From Phoronis australis (taxonomy: Eukaryota; Animalia; Phoronida): a DNA stretch of 64,000 nucleotides. Every line of letters starts with the position of its first letter. Positions within the stretch are counted from its first letter, which is position 1. Below the pieces are notes generated by a model. That model made no database searches. It was not told where the DNA came from and saw only the letters and a program-made list of their open reading frames with translations. Positions 34,627-48,400 of the stretch are shown in pieces. The stretch spans positions 848,297 through 912,296 of the forward strand of contig NMRA01000015.1 of assembly GCA_002633005.1 (NCBI GenBank), read 5' to 3'. A program made the translations under genes and the position numbers.

Positions 34627-35499
34627 GAACTTGCAGTTTTTTCTCTCCTCTGAGGAAAGAAATGAAGTTGTGAGCCATTTCCCCTCAAAAGCGCTACACA
34701 TGATCACAGCACTTTATTCTGTCTTGCATTTTTTGGCCCTTCCACTTCTACGAATAGGAAAGCAAGCCTCCGAAAAAGGCGGTAAAACTCAAAATTAACA
34801 GTTACATGTAGTCTAGCCCGAAACCACCATTGCCCTGCTAGTGCTCAACACGGATCATCACCTAGCTTCTAAACGCACAGTTACTACAAATTCCAGAAAT
34901 GTGGTCTAAAACTGTTGCTAACCAGATTTTTTTGCAATTCTGGGTTGTTTAAGGTGACCATCTGTAATTGCATTAGGTTACTCAGTCGCAATGCCACAAG
35001 GCCATAGGGGACGCCATTTTGAAGAATATTGTTTCTAAAGCCAAACTAACAGACCTTTGTCCTTCACAACATTCCAGAATACAAGTGAACCAGAGTCACT
35101 GAATCTATTTGTAACGTACACCTCGCAAACTGCCGCCAAACCTGGCCTACCACGAGATATTGATCTATAGCCGGGGAGTTCAAATTGGCCGCCAGCGCCT
35201 CTTACTCTGTAGTGCTACCTTTCATTGACTCATGCCGAGATGTCGCACTCAGCAAGAATTCTAGAGCATTGCTGGACGATTAAGTTGCCTCCATGTAAGG
35301 TTTTCGACAATTTCTTTCGTTTGTGATTTCTCACTGCCCTAACCAATGTTACAAGGAACTATAAAGAACTAAAACAGACCTTGGAGCGATTTGGTGGTCG
35401 TTGTTTGCGTCATTTTATGTCTTTTCTAATCTTTTGATAATCTTATGGCCTATGGCATGGGCGGCGCCGCCCCATGTAATGTACGTTATGAAGTCAAGG

Positions 35500-35788
35500 G
35501 TAGAGTTCAGTAACACTAGTATCTACGCTATTAAAAAGCAAGAGTTCGCGACATTACGTGAGATCAGTGTATTTTAAATGAGAACANGATAATCTTATGG
35601 CCTATGGCATGGGCGGCGCCGCCCCATGTAATGTACGTTATGAAGTCAAGGGTAGAGTTCAATAACACTAGTATCTACGCTATTAAAAAGCAAGAGTTCG
35701 CGACATTACGTGAGATCAGTGTATTTTAAATGAGAACAGTGATTTTGGCTAGATTTTTCTAGTCGCAAGACAGCTACTGAACTCTACC
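35500..35788. mobile_element. MITE immediately after HUNK stop (partly duplicated by an assembly join)
   Basis: TIR GGTAGAGTTCAGTA...TACTGAACTCTACC; related segment at about 2570-2720. Confidence 0.55.
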
Positions 35789-35814
35789 AAGGAATGTGCC
35801 CTTTCGCACACGTT

Positions 35815-36443
35815 TCACGTTGCTTTGTTGTGTTCCACTAAGGGTCCGGTAAGAGGTGTATCATGTCCACGTCCCACTTGGTGTTCTGCACTTTTTCCTG
35901 ATGAAATATTACCAACATCCACAGATTTACGCAAACTTGTATTCTGCTTCTTTAAAATAGCGCTTTTTCTTTTACTTGCAGTATTTGAACCTATCACAAT
36001 ATTCAGGTCTGTAAGGTTCACACGCGTTTTCTTTGCTACTTTCCACGAATACAAGCAACTGAAGCCAATTTGGCGTTGTGTAGGCCTGTTGGGACTCGTT
36101 GATAAACGACTAGGTGAGTTCCTACGGCAATGGCTGGGTTCGACAGGACGGAAAAGCGCAAGCTTTGGATTTGTGCAGCATAAGTCCTTAATAGGCAAAA
36201 TTCCGTTGTCGTCCTGTGGCTTTGTTTCCTCTGACGAACTGACATGATCACCAGAAAGTTTTACAAGTTCTTGCTTGGTACAAGCCCTGTTCAAGTTGTT
36301 GTATGCAACAGGGATCAAAGGCAGTTCCCGCGAGTCCCTCTTTCTCTGTTTGTTGTGCGCAGCCCTTTGTATACCGGTCAATTGATGTTGACGTCGGTGA
36401 ATTACCACTTTCTTTATGGGAGATCCGTCATTAATGCGTGTTT
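35815..36443 (-). CDS. HUNK: HUNK terminal coding exon
   Basis: atattctag|AA ACA..., in frame with the 197-aa ORF, stop TGA ending at 35815. Confidence 0.65.
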
Positions 36444-39400
36444 CTAGAATATAAAATTGAGAAATTTAAAACTTTATTCGTCCCCTAAAACGTAGTGTAA
36501 GTATGTAGTATATTATACGACAGTGTTTGCGTCACTTCATTTATAGTCGCAACGGAAACACATAATTTGTCCCGTGTGGCATCACATACTACCCTTGGCA
36601 CTCACAGTGAAAGGTAACACTGTCGAATGGCTTCTCATTGGTTAAAGGAGAATGCCACCCGATTTAATTAGTCTTTTTTGCCGTCTTAATCGGTCTATAT
36701 CCACTTCGCCTCGCATACGGTCGATCTTACCTTGCCAAGAGGTGTCGCGTTAACCTGTGAGGAAGGTGAGAAACGACGCTAGAGACGTCAGTGGTTCATA
36801 TGCAGAGTGAATGCCGCTATGTTGCGGTGCATCGTTCCCGCTTGTCTGAACTAAGCAGCTGCGAGGAAACCGGGTATATCGTTTTTTTTTACTTCCTCGA
36901 GAGTCCGAAATGCTTAGGAAGTGGCTCATGGTAGTGAAGAACCGGAAAAGTACGCTTTAAATAGCAAGTATGAGGCCGTGAAACATATCCGTGTCTGTGG
37001 CCTGCAGACGTCGACAGTGCCTGACGAATGCCGGCTTACCAAATAACTCCATACGTTCCGTTGTCTGAGCTTGTTCACGGCGCCTCTCTAGTATTTCTTC
37101 AACACTGTATTCCTGTTCGAATTGATAGCCTGTAAAACTTAACGATCCACCTGCGAAGTCGGGATTGATGAGCTCTAGCTCGTCCTAAGTCGGGATTGCG
37201 ACGGTTGCCATGTTGGCGTTTATTACTGAGCGTTCTGTTTCAAAATGCATTATTCTCCCCCTTCACTGCGTTACCGGCTTTACTGAGGTACAATAAAACT
37301 AACTGACGGGACACCGAGGCCGTGTGAGCTTATGCTAATTTAGTGTTTGCTGGCAGAAATTGTTGTGAAATAATCACAGCGTTATCGGCTTTAGGTGCAA
37401 TAAAACTAATTGACGGGACACCGAGGCCGTGTGAGCTCATGCTAATTTAGTGTTTGCTGACAGAAACTGTTGTGAAACAACTCGATTTCCATCCCACGGC
37501 CAGGTGTTAGGGGAATCTTTATTTACATTCACATTTATCAGTATGATTGTCAATGTACAACTTCTTCCCTGACCGTCCGTGCTGTGGCCAAAGTGGAACC
37601 TGAATGCGCGGCAACCAACAAGTAAGTAGATTTGCAGTTACGAGTTTCGTGGCTAATTCACCATCATAATCACGTGCACATTACTTTGGCTCACTAGTAT
37701 AGTATTTTCTTGACTGGAAGTTTAGTTTCCACTGAACTTTAGCTGGTTTATGTTCGTGATGTCTGATCCGTTTCCGAGCCACTGGCCGGGATAACGCCGT
37801 CAATCCGGGCGGCCGCGACGGGCCTCATGGGCTCCGAGCCACTGGCCAGGATAACAACCGTTTTGTGTTTAGAACTCAAAAAGTCACAAGTCTACACAAC
37901 ACAGATTTAGATTCTCCTGTCTGTATCTCACGGAAAATACTTCGAAATTATCTACGAACAGACCCCAAACTCCTCCTACGGACCTTATTGGCCTGCCGAA
38001 CTGTTTGTAGGCTACGGTGTGTCCAAATACCAATAAATCCGTAAGAGCGAAGTAAAAAAACACGTTTTTATAAGAACTGTATTTTTAAGGGTTTTACATC
38101 GAAGTTTGATGATTTATTGGTGTTAAACGATGACTTCAATGGATAAGCTGATACCAGTAACCCTTGTTGTGAACTGCTGAACAGACTGCGAGTGAAACCG
38201 ATGACGTCATTGGATAATTTCAACACCTCCGTCTGCCGTCAGGTGTCAGGTAACACAACCGTACGTGTCGTTATGGAGTGGAACTACTCGATCTAAATTG
38301 ATACAAATTAGGTTGTTTTTTGGGTGGCATGCTCCTTTAAAGTGATGAAGCCGACGTCATAACGTTCAGTCATTGTTGAAATCTGGGTCAGGGAACCCCC
38401 TTTCGGTTTACTGTTACGTTGTTTAGCGACCACTCAACTTGAATCAGTTGCAGTTCATTAAAACGGGCAGTGGTCGAAGTAAACCAAATCAAAAGAACCC
38501 CGATCAAGTGACCTAAGCCTAAACAAGTACATTGCATAAAAGGCGTGTGCAAGGTTAGAGATGTAATCGGTAGACCAAGGCATGCGCATTGATGCAACCA
38601 CACGGAATTCCGTGTGTCGTTCATCATGTTTCCACATGGCCACCTTTTAGTATAGGTGGCGCTGTGGTACAGGGCACATGGCATATTTGCGAATAATTCT
38701 ACAGGAGCTGTTTTTTTTTCTGACCAGTGGGAACAAATAGTGATTCACACACTAGTTAAACGTACATGAATGCGCAGTGTTGTTAAATCAAGGTAAACAA
38801 ACCTGGAGTTAGTTCATTTTCGCTGTCCGACGTGTTAAGAGATTGTTTGCCCCTCTCGTTGCTTTTCGAACCATCATTCTTTGGGTTAGCGACTTCACTC
38901 GGACAAGTTTTTGTATCGAAGCCATTCTTGGCTGATTTAGTTGAGTCTGTGGTCTTTCCAAGGATGGGTGCAATTATTGCTGCTGGATTATTACAGTCGC
39001 ACGAGGATGGCAGTGCAGGAGAGACAACTGGCTTGGCATTGTCTTGGCGATTTATACATGCACTGCTTTTCTTTTGCAAACGATTGTTTCTTGCTGACGT
39101 CCAATGGCTTCTGGGAGAATTTTCCGATTTTGGAAAAACCTAAAAAGGAACAATTAGTTGGCTAATGTTAATGTACAACTACGTAGCATAGTCTTGGGCA
39201 CTATACAGTGGGTGAATAGTGTGGGGCACCAAAATGGAATCATAAATATTGACTACGGCTACGAATTAAAAAGGGTACATGTATCTTTGGCAACCCAGAG
39301 GTCATATTTTTGTATCATAAAGGTTTGAGAAATTCAACTGGACCATCGACAACTGCAAACCCTGCACTAAGGTTCCCTTGATTTAAAAATCCTCAATTAT

Positions 39401-42400
39401 TACCCCTATTTCAGGCCTGTCCTCGGTATTATGGAGTTTGGTGCACGATGGAGATGCCATGTCAGTTCTTTAAAATGCAAAATCTTTTCCTGAAGGTCTG
39501 CGTGACCGACGTTGAAATGCATTCTGGATAGTTTTCAAAATGACGCTTAATTCCTACTGACAACCTGAAAAAGACACTCCTCGAACAAACTATTCTCGTG
39601 TTTTTTGTTTTAGTGTTTTTTTTTGCTAACATAGCATCATAATGATAGGGGAGGATCGCCGTCGAGAGTTGTGAAATAATTAAATTCAGTGAAAGTGTTG
39701 GCCAACCCAGTCACAATTGGTAGCTTTTCGCCACTCTTCTTCACATGCCAATGCCATTTGGAAAAGGATGCCGTTTTTATCATTTGTACATGTAAATATG
39801 AATGATCTACTGAGATTCTGGCTCTGTGTATGCATAGAGTAGGTCCCGTCCAGGGGCGTATGAGGTCACATCACGTGACCTGCTGTAGTAATTACAAGTC
39901 TGAAAATATTGCTGCTCCGACTTTCTACAATTCATGTTGACGCATTTACGCGGATTGTATGACCACAAATTACTGTGTAGGGTACATGTACATGCACTGC
40001 CTCCTCCCTGCATATATATTTTTTAAAACGATTACTGAAGGAGGTCGTTCAAAAGAAATTCGAAAGTGCTTTAGGTACAGTGTTTCGTCATAATGTACAA
40101 TACAGCGTAAAACGCAGCCTCGTTTAGCAACAGCGGTCACGTGGTATGAGAGTTGTACCTTGGCAAAGAAGTCGTCACAAATTTGTACTTTTTGTACCAC
40201 TGAAGTGGAAGTGAAAATTTGCGCGAAGACAATGCAAAATGATAGCAGTAACAGTCTCGTTATAGGCTGAACGACGTCCCTAAAAACTAAAATATGTAAA
40301 TCTTAAAGAGATTGCCTTCATTTATTTAATAAGGCCAATGTTCACATCCCTTATTCTTCAATTTGTTTAAATAAAATGTCCCCTGTGTTCACTGAGCCTG
40401 GATGACAGGTAGGAGCCAGCTATTGGGATGATTCCGTATCAATAATGAAATTATGATGTAATAATTGATCAGTCACCGACCGCTTTTTTGAAAATACCTT
40501 GACATCGATCCGTCTTGGAATGTAATACTCGTCCTTCTTATTGTTCACAATTATTCCTGATTTTGATGCCGGTACCGTCCCTGAAACTTTCAGCTCTGTG
40601 CGATATGCATTCAGCCTTTTGAGAAGTAAATGGTACGTTGAGCAAACACTAGAGGGCATGTTGCCAACGACGTTCCGGATGATGTCACCGACTTTGAATT
40701 GGAGCTCTTTCGACATGTAATCAAGCACATCGCCATGAAGACTGTCCGCGGGCAATCTGTTTGGAAACGCCACCTTCTGGATGGAGCCACATGGACCTGT
40801 AAGGGAAACATTTTTTTCTGTTTTGGTTCTTAAAATGTCGAGGAAACAGTTTGAACTACAATAATTCCGCCAATTCTGCAATTGTATGAACTATTTTATC
40901 TAATATGGTGAAAGGCGGACCCTGAGGGCAAAAGCACAAAAACAAAAAAGGTGGAAACCACTCATTTCGCAACTGTCGCCACACGTTCCAGAAACTTGAT
41001 ATCATTCAGTTAAGCTCCTAAATAGGGTATGGACATCGCCGAGCATGCGCGCTCAAATGGCGGCAGTAACAAGAATTTTGTGAGTATGGTGAGCTGAGTC
41101 ACGTTACAATACACCTTATTCACGCAGTCGCCATTTAAAAAGAAAGCCTCTTTTTAGGTTTAAAAACAATGCATTCTGCGCTTAATCACAGCGCAAAGCA
41201 TGATTCAAAGTTTCAAATGCATTGTTTTTTTATACCTAAAAGGAGCTCACTACTAAAGTGGAGACTGAGTGAATAAGGTCTACACGCTTTCGCCCACTAA
41301 TATGTTATAACTTCATAATACTTCATGTTTCACAACAAATGATTGCATTAAAACGGTTACTATTCCGCTTTCATTAACAAAAAGCAACCTGTTCGATTAT
41401 ATTTACCTTAATGAAGTGCTTTGCCTTCCCTGAACAATGCACGTTAATTATTACAACACCTGACAACACCTAACAACAGTCGCCCATTATAATTGTTTAT
41501 ACTACGTTTATGATAATTGCTATGAACGGTTCGGTTTTGAGGGTAATACCCATCGACCCATGTACTGAGTTAGAGTTGAGGGAGACATAGGAGCTCGTAC
41601 CTCCCCGTTTGTATTGGCCCTAAACCTCACCCGACCATGCAGCCTCCCGGGGTGATTAGTATTAAAATTAAGGCGATCACTATGATTGTCATTGTCATGG
41701 AAATGTGGTGGTTAGACATGGTTGCATGACAGAAATCATTTACGCCGCTAACGTATTTCCTTTTCCTACCTCAAGAGAGGATAAATTGATATTGATTAAT
41801 CAGAGACGCAAAGCAAGTTTCTCATAAGTTTTGGCGAGACAACGCAAGTCTGCACCCTCGCAATGCAATACAGGCGAAGCGCGTGATCCCAATAGCTTCC
41901 AATGGCCAGTAGTTTCCGGTACGTAACAGGTTCTATGTTTGCCTATCCTCTGACACAGCGCCACCTATACTGAAAAGTGGCCCTGTGCCATCACGCAGTG
42001 GCACGCCCTTTAGCATTGGTTGATGTAACCTCAGCAGTCATAGGTTAGCTTTATAACAACGTGAAAAATGGCGGACTGTGAACGATTTTTAGCCTTGTCA
42101 TGCAAGTGGCGTCGCAGCAACTATTTCGTTTCTGCAGTGATATTTATTTGTCTCATGCTTGAAGCACATACATGTACAATAAACACATATCTGGCCGATT
42201 TAACCGGTGTGCAATTCATACTGCATGAATACAGGGCAGTCTCGTGAATAAAAGTCATCGACAGTAGAAAGATTCACTCCGAAAAGGTGCAACCACAATT
42301 TCTAGGAGTCACATTTCCTGAACATGAATTTTAAGCACCGATTTGTCTTACAACAGACCACATTCCCACTTCAGACCATCAGTCATGCCAGTTTGTTTGC

Positions 42401-45400
42401 GTAAAGCGCTGCCTGTTGATAAATCGACTAGCCAATCAGAAACGCCGACGTAAAAAAAATTCCCGAGAAGAATTAAGTGGTACCTGCGTGCTGGCTACCG
42501 ACCACCAAGCGGAACCAGCGAGTGTGGAAACATGATGAACGGCACACAGAATTCCGTGAGTGGGCATCAATGCGCATGCTTGGTCGGACGTTTATCTGTC
42601 ACATCGCCACCACTTGCATACGCCTTCTATGCACTCCATGTTTGGGCTTAGCTATGGGTTCGGGGTTCCTTTGATATTGTTTACTTCCATCATTGCCCGT
42701 TTTAATAAATTGCAACTATTCAAGTCAAAGGTGGTCGCCATACTACGTAACAGTAAACTGAAAGGGATTTCCAAGATTTCAACCAAAGGGAATGACTAAA
42801 TGTGATGACGTCGGTTTCATTACATTAACCAATGAAGCCATAATGAACAACAATTCCACAGTGCTACTTTTCGTAGCACTGTGAAAGAGTGTAGTGTTTG
42901 CTATCTGGCAATGCAGACCTATTCATTCTCATGAACACTTTATTGTCTTGGTGACACTGAGCTAATTTGTTCGCTCGTCGGTGGCACTATTTGGTGTCAG
43001 AATATGTTGAAATTACTTATTTATGACATTTCGGACAGCGTTATAGTCAGTAATTAGCTCTAATTATAGTGTATAGTACTCCAACTAAGAAATCATTCAT
43101 GTACCTGTCGTAATCCACGGGTGTTCCATGGCTTCCTTGACACTAATTCGTGCTTCGGGGACGGGGTTGAGCAGTTTTCGTAAAAGGTCACGGCAGTCTG
43201 GATCAAAAAAGCGTGAAATAATCAAAATGAAGATAAGTAGAACAGTACTTGCCCTAGTAAACAACGCTCAAATTTCTCAAAACTCGACATCAGACTCATC
43301 ACAGTCTGCATAACGCAACAAGTGTCTAACTGCCTGGTCACACACTAATTGAATATTCTTTCGCAGGTCATTTAATGTGCCCCCCTAGCACAAAATAAAT
43401 CCAAAACAGCGATGAATCAACGTAGTGTTTCCCATAGTCGACTTAAAAGTTTTGGAGATTTCTGTCCACTTAAATTGAATGTATACGACATAACTTGGGT
43501 AAAGTCCAGAAATCAACTCATGTAATTTTGTACATTGCTGGTAACAGTGAACCTCACATTTGTATTGGGTCTGAATAAATTTTCTCCCCGGCCTTGATCT
43601 CGGTTAACACTAAAACAAGCGGGCTACGTTATCAGCACTTACTTATAGATGCATGTGCTGGCATAGGATTCATATCTCCTTTTAGCATCTTGTTCAATAG
43701 CGATTTGATATGGAATGGGTCGACGGTATAAGGTAAGTTACCAGTCAGCATAGCGTACATATTTACTCCTCTGAAAAGGAATTGACGCATTATCACATAA
43801 GAGATTGTATAATATACTTAAAAACTCACGATAGTGAAATAAATTGCAGAAGACCAATGGCCTTACACCTAAGTTGTAGTTTTCAATAGTTCACTTTTTC
43901 ATAATTCTTTTAATAAAAAGGGGATGTTTTTAAAGAGCTTGATAGCGTTAAACGCCGTTTGTATAACGTCCTCGTGCACAACGTCGTTAACACCTTCCAC
44001 GAAGGTCAGAAATTTGATTTCAAAAACTAAGTTTAGTAACCATATCACGGGTCACAAACATAATTTCCCTAAAAGTGTTAAAATTCACAGTAGCCCCAGC
44101 TTCTATCAAAAATTAACTTTTTATTAGTCCACTTGCTGTCATGACTCGTTTGAACTTGCTTCTTACTCGGATGAGAATTGATTTCTGACCTTGGAAAGTT
44201 CTGACAACTCATTATTGGCCAAGGTCAAGGTCAGGTTCAGCAAGTTGGCTTAAACTATCAGAAATCCTTTTGTGGCGAACAATAACGAACTGTCTTTCCA
44301 AAGCCAAGAAATGACTTATAATTTGAAGAAGGAACAAACCGACCAGGTTTACAACGGTGTGTGACATAAATAAAAATTCACTATGTCACCTGTAAATAGT
44401 TCTATGCCGTTCAAAAACAAATTCGTGTCAAATAAACCACTCACATGCTCCACACGTCAACTGACGGTCCGTACTTTTGGTGAGCTAGCAATTCAGGCGC
44501 TGCGTACGCAGGGCTTCCGCACTGAGTGACCAGCAACTCATCAATACGGTGTTCTCCGCCGGGCGTCTTCGTCACCTTGACAGAGTTGCTTAGGCCAAAA
44601 TCTGAAACAGATAAATTCACTTTCCATTTTTTTAATTAGCTACTTTGCTGCGAAATGAGTTTTACCGTAATCAAACAGTGCGAAAAGTGGGAGTTAAACT
44701 CAAATTACCAATGCGCAAAGTCGGAGTAGCATTAGTCTTCCATCCTTGTCATAAGAAGATTAGAGAATGATCAAATTCCCCGATCATTAATGAAATGATT
44801 GAATCCCGTTGCATAAGCTTTCCCTCAATGTTACTCATTCTTCACCTAACACACTTACCAATGATTTTTATATTCACGTTTTCATCAAAGAGTAAATTTT
44901 CTATTTTCAGGTCCCTGAAACAAGAATTTGACACGTCATTTTAGTAAGTTAAGGAAAACAAGATATTATGATAAAATACTTCATGTTCGGTTCCAAAAAT
45001 TCAAAATTAACTCAAAATTTTCGATAACCTATCATCGCCGGTGCCACGATCTTTATTAGTGTCATCGTAGACATATAATCCATGGTGACGTCATGTAGTT
45101 GTCACGCTGCTGTACAGCGCCCTCAACATGTAATCCTGTCGGTTCTGCATGTGTGATTTGCTTCAAATTTTGATAGGAACGGGTGGATTCCTTGATTTTA
45201 CCCTTCTAATCAGTTGTCGAAAATCTCTGAAATAGACTTATTTTGAATTTCTGGAAGTAAATATGGAATTCTTTATCATGCATTCAAGCACTTTGATGCT
45301 ATTTACTAAAGATACTGTTACTGCTGACAGTGTGTTGACAGATGTCGATCTGTCGATCTTTTCGCATGAAAGCGAGCTAAAATACGCCAAGTCTCAATGT

Positions 45401-48400
45401 CAGACGTTGAACCATCGCCACCCTATGCAATGTTTGTCATTTCCAAATGACGTATATTGTTTCTATTACGAACGGTGCCACTGCGGAGGCACGCCGTAAC
45501 TGACGAATGTGGACATGTCGCACCAAATGATCATGCGACGCGACGACAAAACAAATCTCATTTGTTATTTCTGTATACGTAAATATCTGGCTACAATAGA
45601 ATATCGATAGTATCTGCTTGAGCTACCACGTTTTTTCCTCAAGAAATGATTACAACTGTACCCTTTATCTTGAAAAAAGAAAACTATGATTGCAACATCT
45701 GTTTATAAGTGGGGCTACGCCACAGTTCCTTCGGACATTATAACTGAGCGAATTCTATAAATAGTATCTTTCATATTTTATGAACGCGCGTATTTCTCAT
45801 CAAATCACATGTTTTGTCATGGCAACTTGCTCGGGGCAATGTACCTCATAATTAGAAATGATTGCATGCATTCTTTTAAGAAGTCGGCAACTCTAAATTC
45901 AACAAATCTATAAGGAAGTCGCAGCTTCTAACTTGCTCTAAATGCTTCGCAGCTTTCAGTTTCTGCGTTTCAAGATTTTCATTAAGTTCATTGCTTTACA
46001 AAATCTTCCGTTCAACTTACACGATCTGAAAATCTGAGGCATTCTCAAGAATAACATGCCTTTCAGTAGTGCGATCGCACTAGAATTCTTAGTTGTACGA
46101 GTGTCATACGATTGTATTTCATAAGGTGATCGCACGACACTCCTATGGGCAACTCACGACATTCTGAAGAAGGAAGATTTCACGACATTCGGCACGTCTA
46201 ATTCTTTATTGGTCAATATGCTACGAGGTCAACAGGTGTGTTTTAGTCAGTTGAACGTAAAGTGCATGACTCTTCAACCTTAACGGGAAATTATTAGAGT
46301 TGCTATAAGACAAAGAAATATGTTATAAAATTTGTGGTAATGCGTTTTATTATAACCGCCAACTCTCGCCGTTGTCTGCCAGACATTCGCTGAAACCAAA
46401 GCTATTACCTGTGCACTAGCATGCTACCGAGGCGGATGTAGGTTCGAATCCGTGCTCAGGCTTGTCTCAGAACATAACTTTACTCGACGATACTTACCCT
46501 AACTGGCGTAACAAACGCCGGTTGAGAGCATTATGTCCACTCCGCACAATGTCTCTCAAGCAGGGAAGTTCAGTTCTTTTTGTTTAAAGTACATGTAAAC
46601 TTATTTCCGTATCTCAGCAAGGTTATCTCAAAAGGAACATTGTGCAATTGATCTGGCGACCTATACGACCTCAGATTTTGTTTGGCGACAGGGTAAAAAT
46701 TCCAAATAGTTTCATCATCGTTAAAATATCCGTTGTCGTCGTCCTTCGTAGTCATGGTTGTCGTCATGGCGCCACCGCTGTGTATTCAGTGTTTCCTCAC
46801 CTGTGCAACACACCAGCTGAGTGTAGGTAATACACGGCTGACAGGATTTGTTTGATGTACTTGCGGACTTCCTGCTCGTCCAGCGCTCTCTTTGAACATA
46901 TCCGGTCAATCAGTTCTCCGCCTTCACACAACTCTGTGACAATGTAATAACTGTGTTCGGTCTCCATGGTTTCGTACAGTTTGATGATGTTAGGATGTCT
47001 AAACATTTGAAGTAGTCGCGTCTCTCGCTTGAGGTTCTTTCGAATGTAAGCATCGGCCTTGACTTTTCTTTTGTCGATTATTTTCACAGCCACCTTAATT
47101 TTCAGAAAATAAAACAAGAAAACATTTTGGTTTGTCTACAGCAAGGTACCAGGGCCTGTTTCTATTAACTTGGCGATTATATATCTCAGTGAAACAGGTT
47201 TGCTTTTACTTCCTTGTGATGTCAAATGAGCAAAACAATTCTGGAGTATTGTATCAAAAGACAAAAATGTCACGACATTTCCTTCAGAAAGATTTTGGGA
47301 TTTTGTAACAATTTTATGGACCAAAAATAAGAAGCAACTTGCTGCCGCCGCCGCCGCCCCGGCTGTGGAAACGGAAAATCTCGTATTTTTAGCTCAGGTT
47401 GGGTTTGCCACGCATTCAGAGACCCTAGTTGGAGTCGTCTGCTTCATGAATGTGACATTAAAATTAAGACAGCAATTTGTTGTTACACTCCCAGTTCACA
47501 ATAGCAGCAAAAAGTTTTAGCCAAGTTGTTGTGAGTGCATCTCAGTCTAGAAATAATTTATAGAAATAATCTCAGTAACTTTGGCAGTTATGTGCGCGTT
47601 CTCAGATACTTCGGACTTTTGCACTAGTGAGATTTAATTATTTTTTACAAATTGTTGTGGGGAGCGTAAGATCAAGTCACTTTCATGAAACAGTGGAGCC
47701 AAGTAAAAATTCAGTTAACCGCAAAAACGTTTCTGTTTTTCGGTTAATTAACTGAACTTGTTGGAATTTAAAAACTAACAAGTTTCATCGCAGAAATGGT
47801 CATAATTATAAACGAGTAAACTTTATTGTTATTTTTAAGACTTTTGAAACCAGTAACTGCGTACTAAATGTACGTGGTTCTATTAATTGCAAATTAACAT
47901 TGTATAAAAAGGAAATGTAACCGTCACCCAAAAATGTGAGTGACAAACTGTGAACTGATTTAGCCCTATAACGAACTAGCGATTTTATCAGACAATCTAG
48001 TAACTCACTAAACACGCATTGCGCGATAACATGAGACACACTGGTCCCTTGCGATTTGAGCAAAGCAAACTGCACCTGATGCCACGCTCGAGGATAAATC
48101 GTCCGAATAATTACATCCTCTCACTTTCGAAAATGTATCCCTGAAAAGTCTCATAACAAAACAATTATGACTACTGGTGACGTCAAACGCTGTTACAGTT
48201 GTTTTGAATATGACGACAGGTCCTGGCTATGATACTACAATAACAACTTATCAAAGTGACAATTATGAGATATTTTTCAAGCCAATTTCTGTTAGATTGT
48301 CTTATTATGTGGGTGTTCTTGTATAAGATGATACGTCCTTTCAAATACAGGCGTTGCTGCAGAGAAAGATATCATGAACAAAAGACTATTTCGACACTCA

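Noticed and set aside
35436-35738. About 150-bp direct duplication
   Set aside because: Joined at a single n (35588); probable assembly artefact
46415-46465. tRNA gene
   Set aside because: B-box present but no convincing cloverleaf or A-box; kept only as a possible SINE
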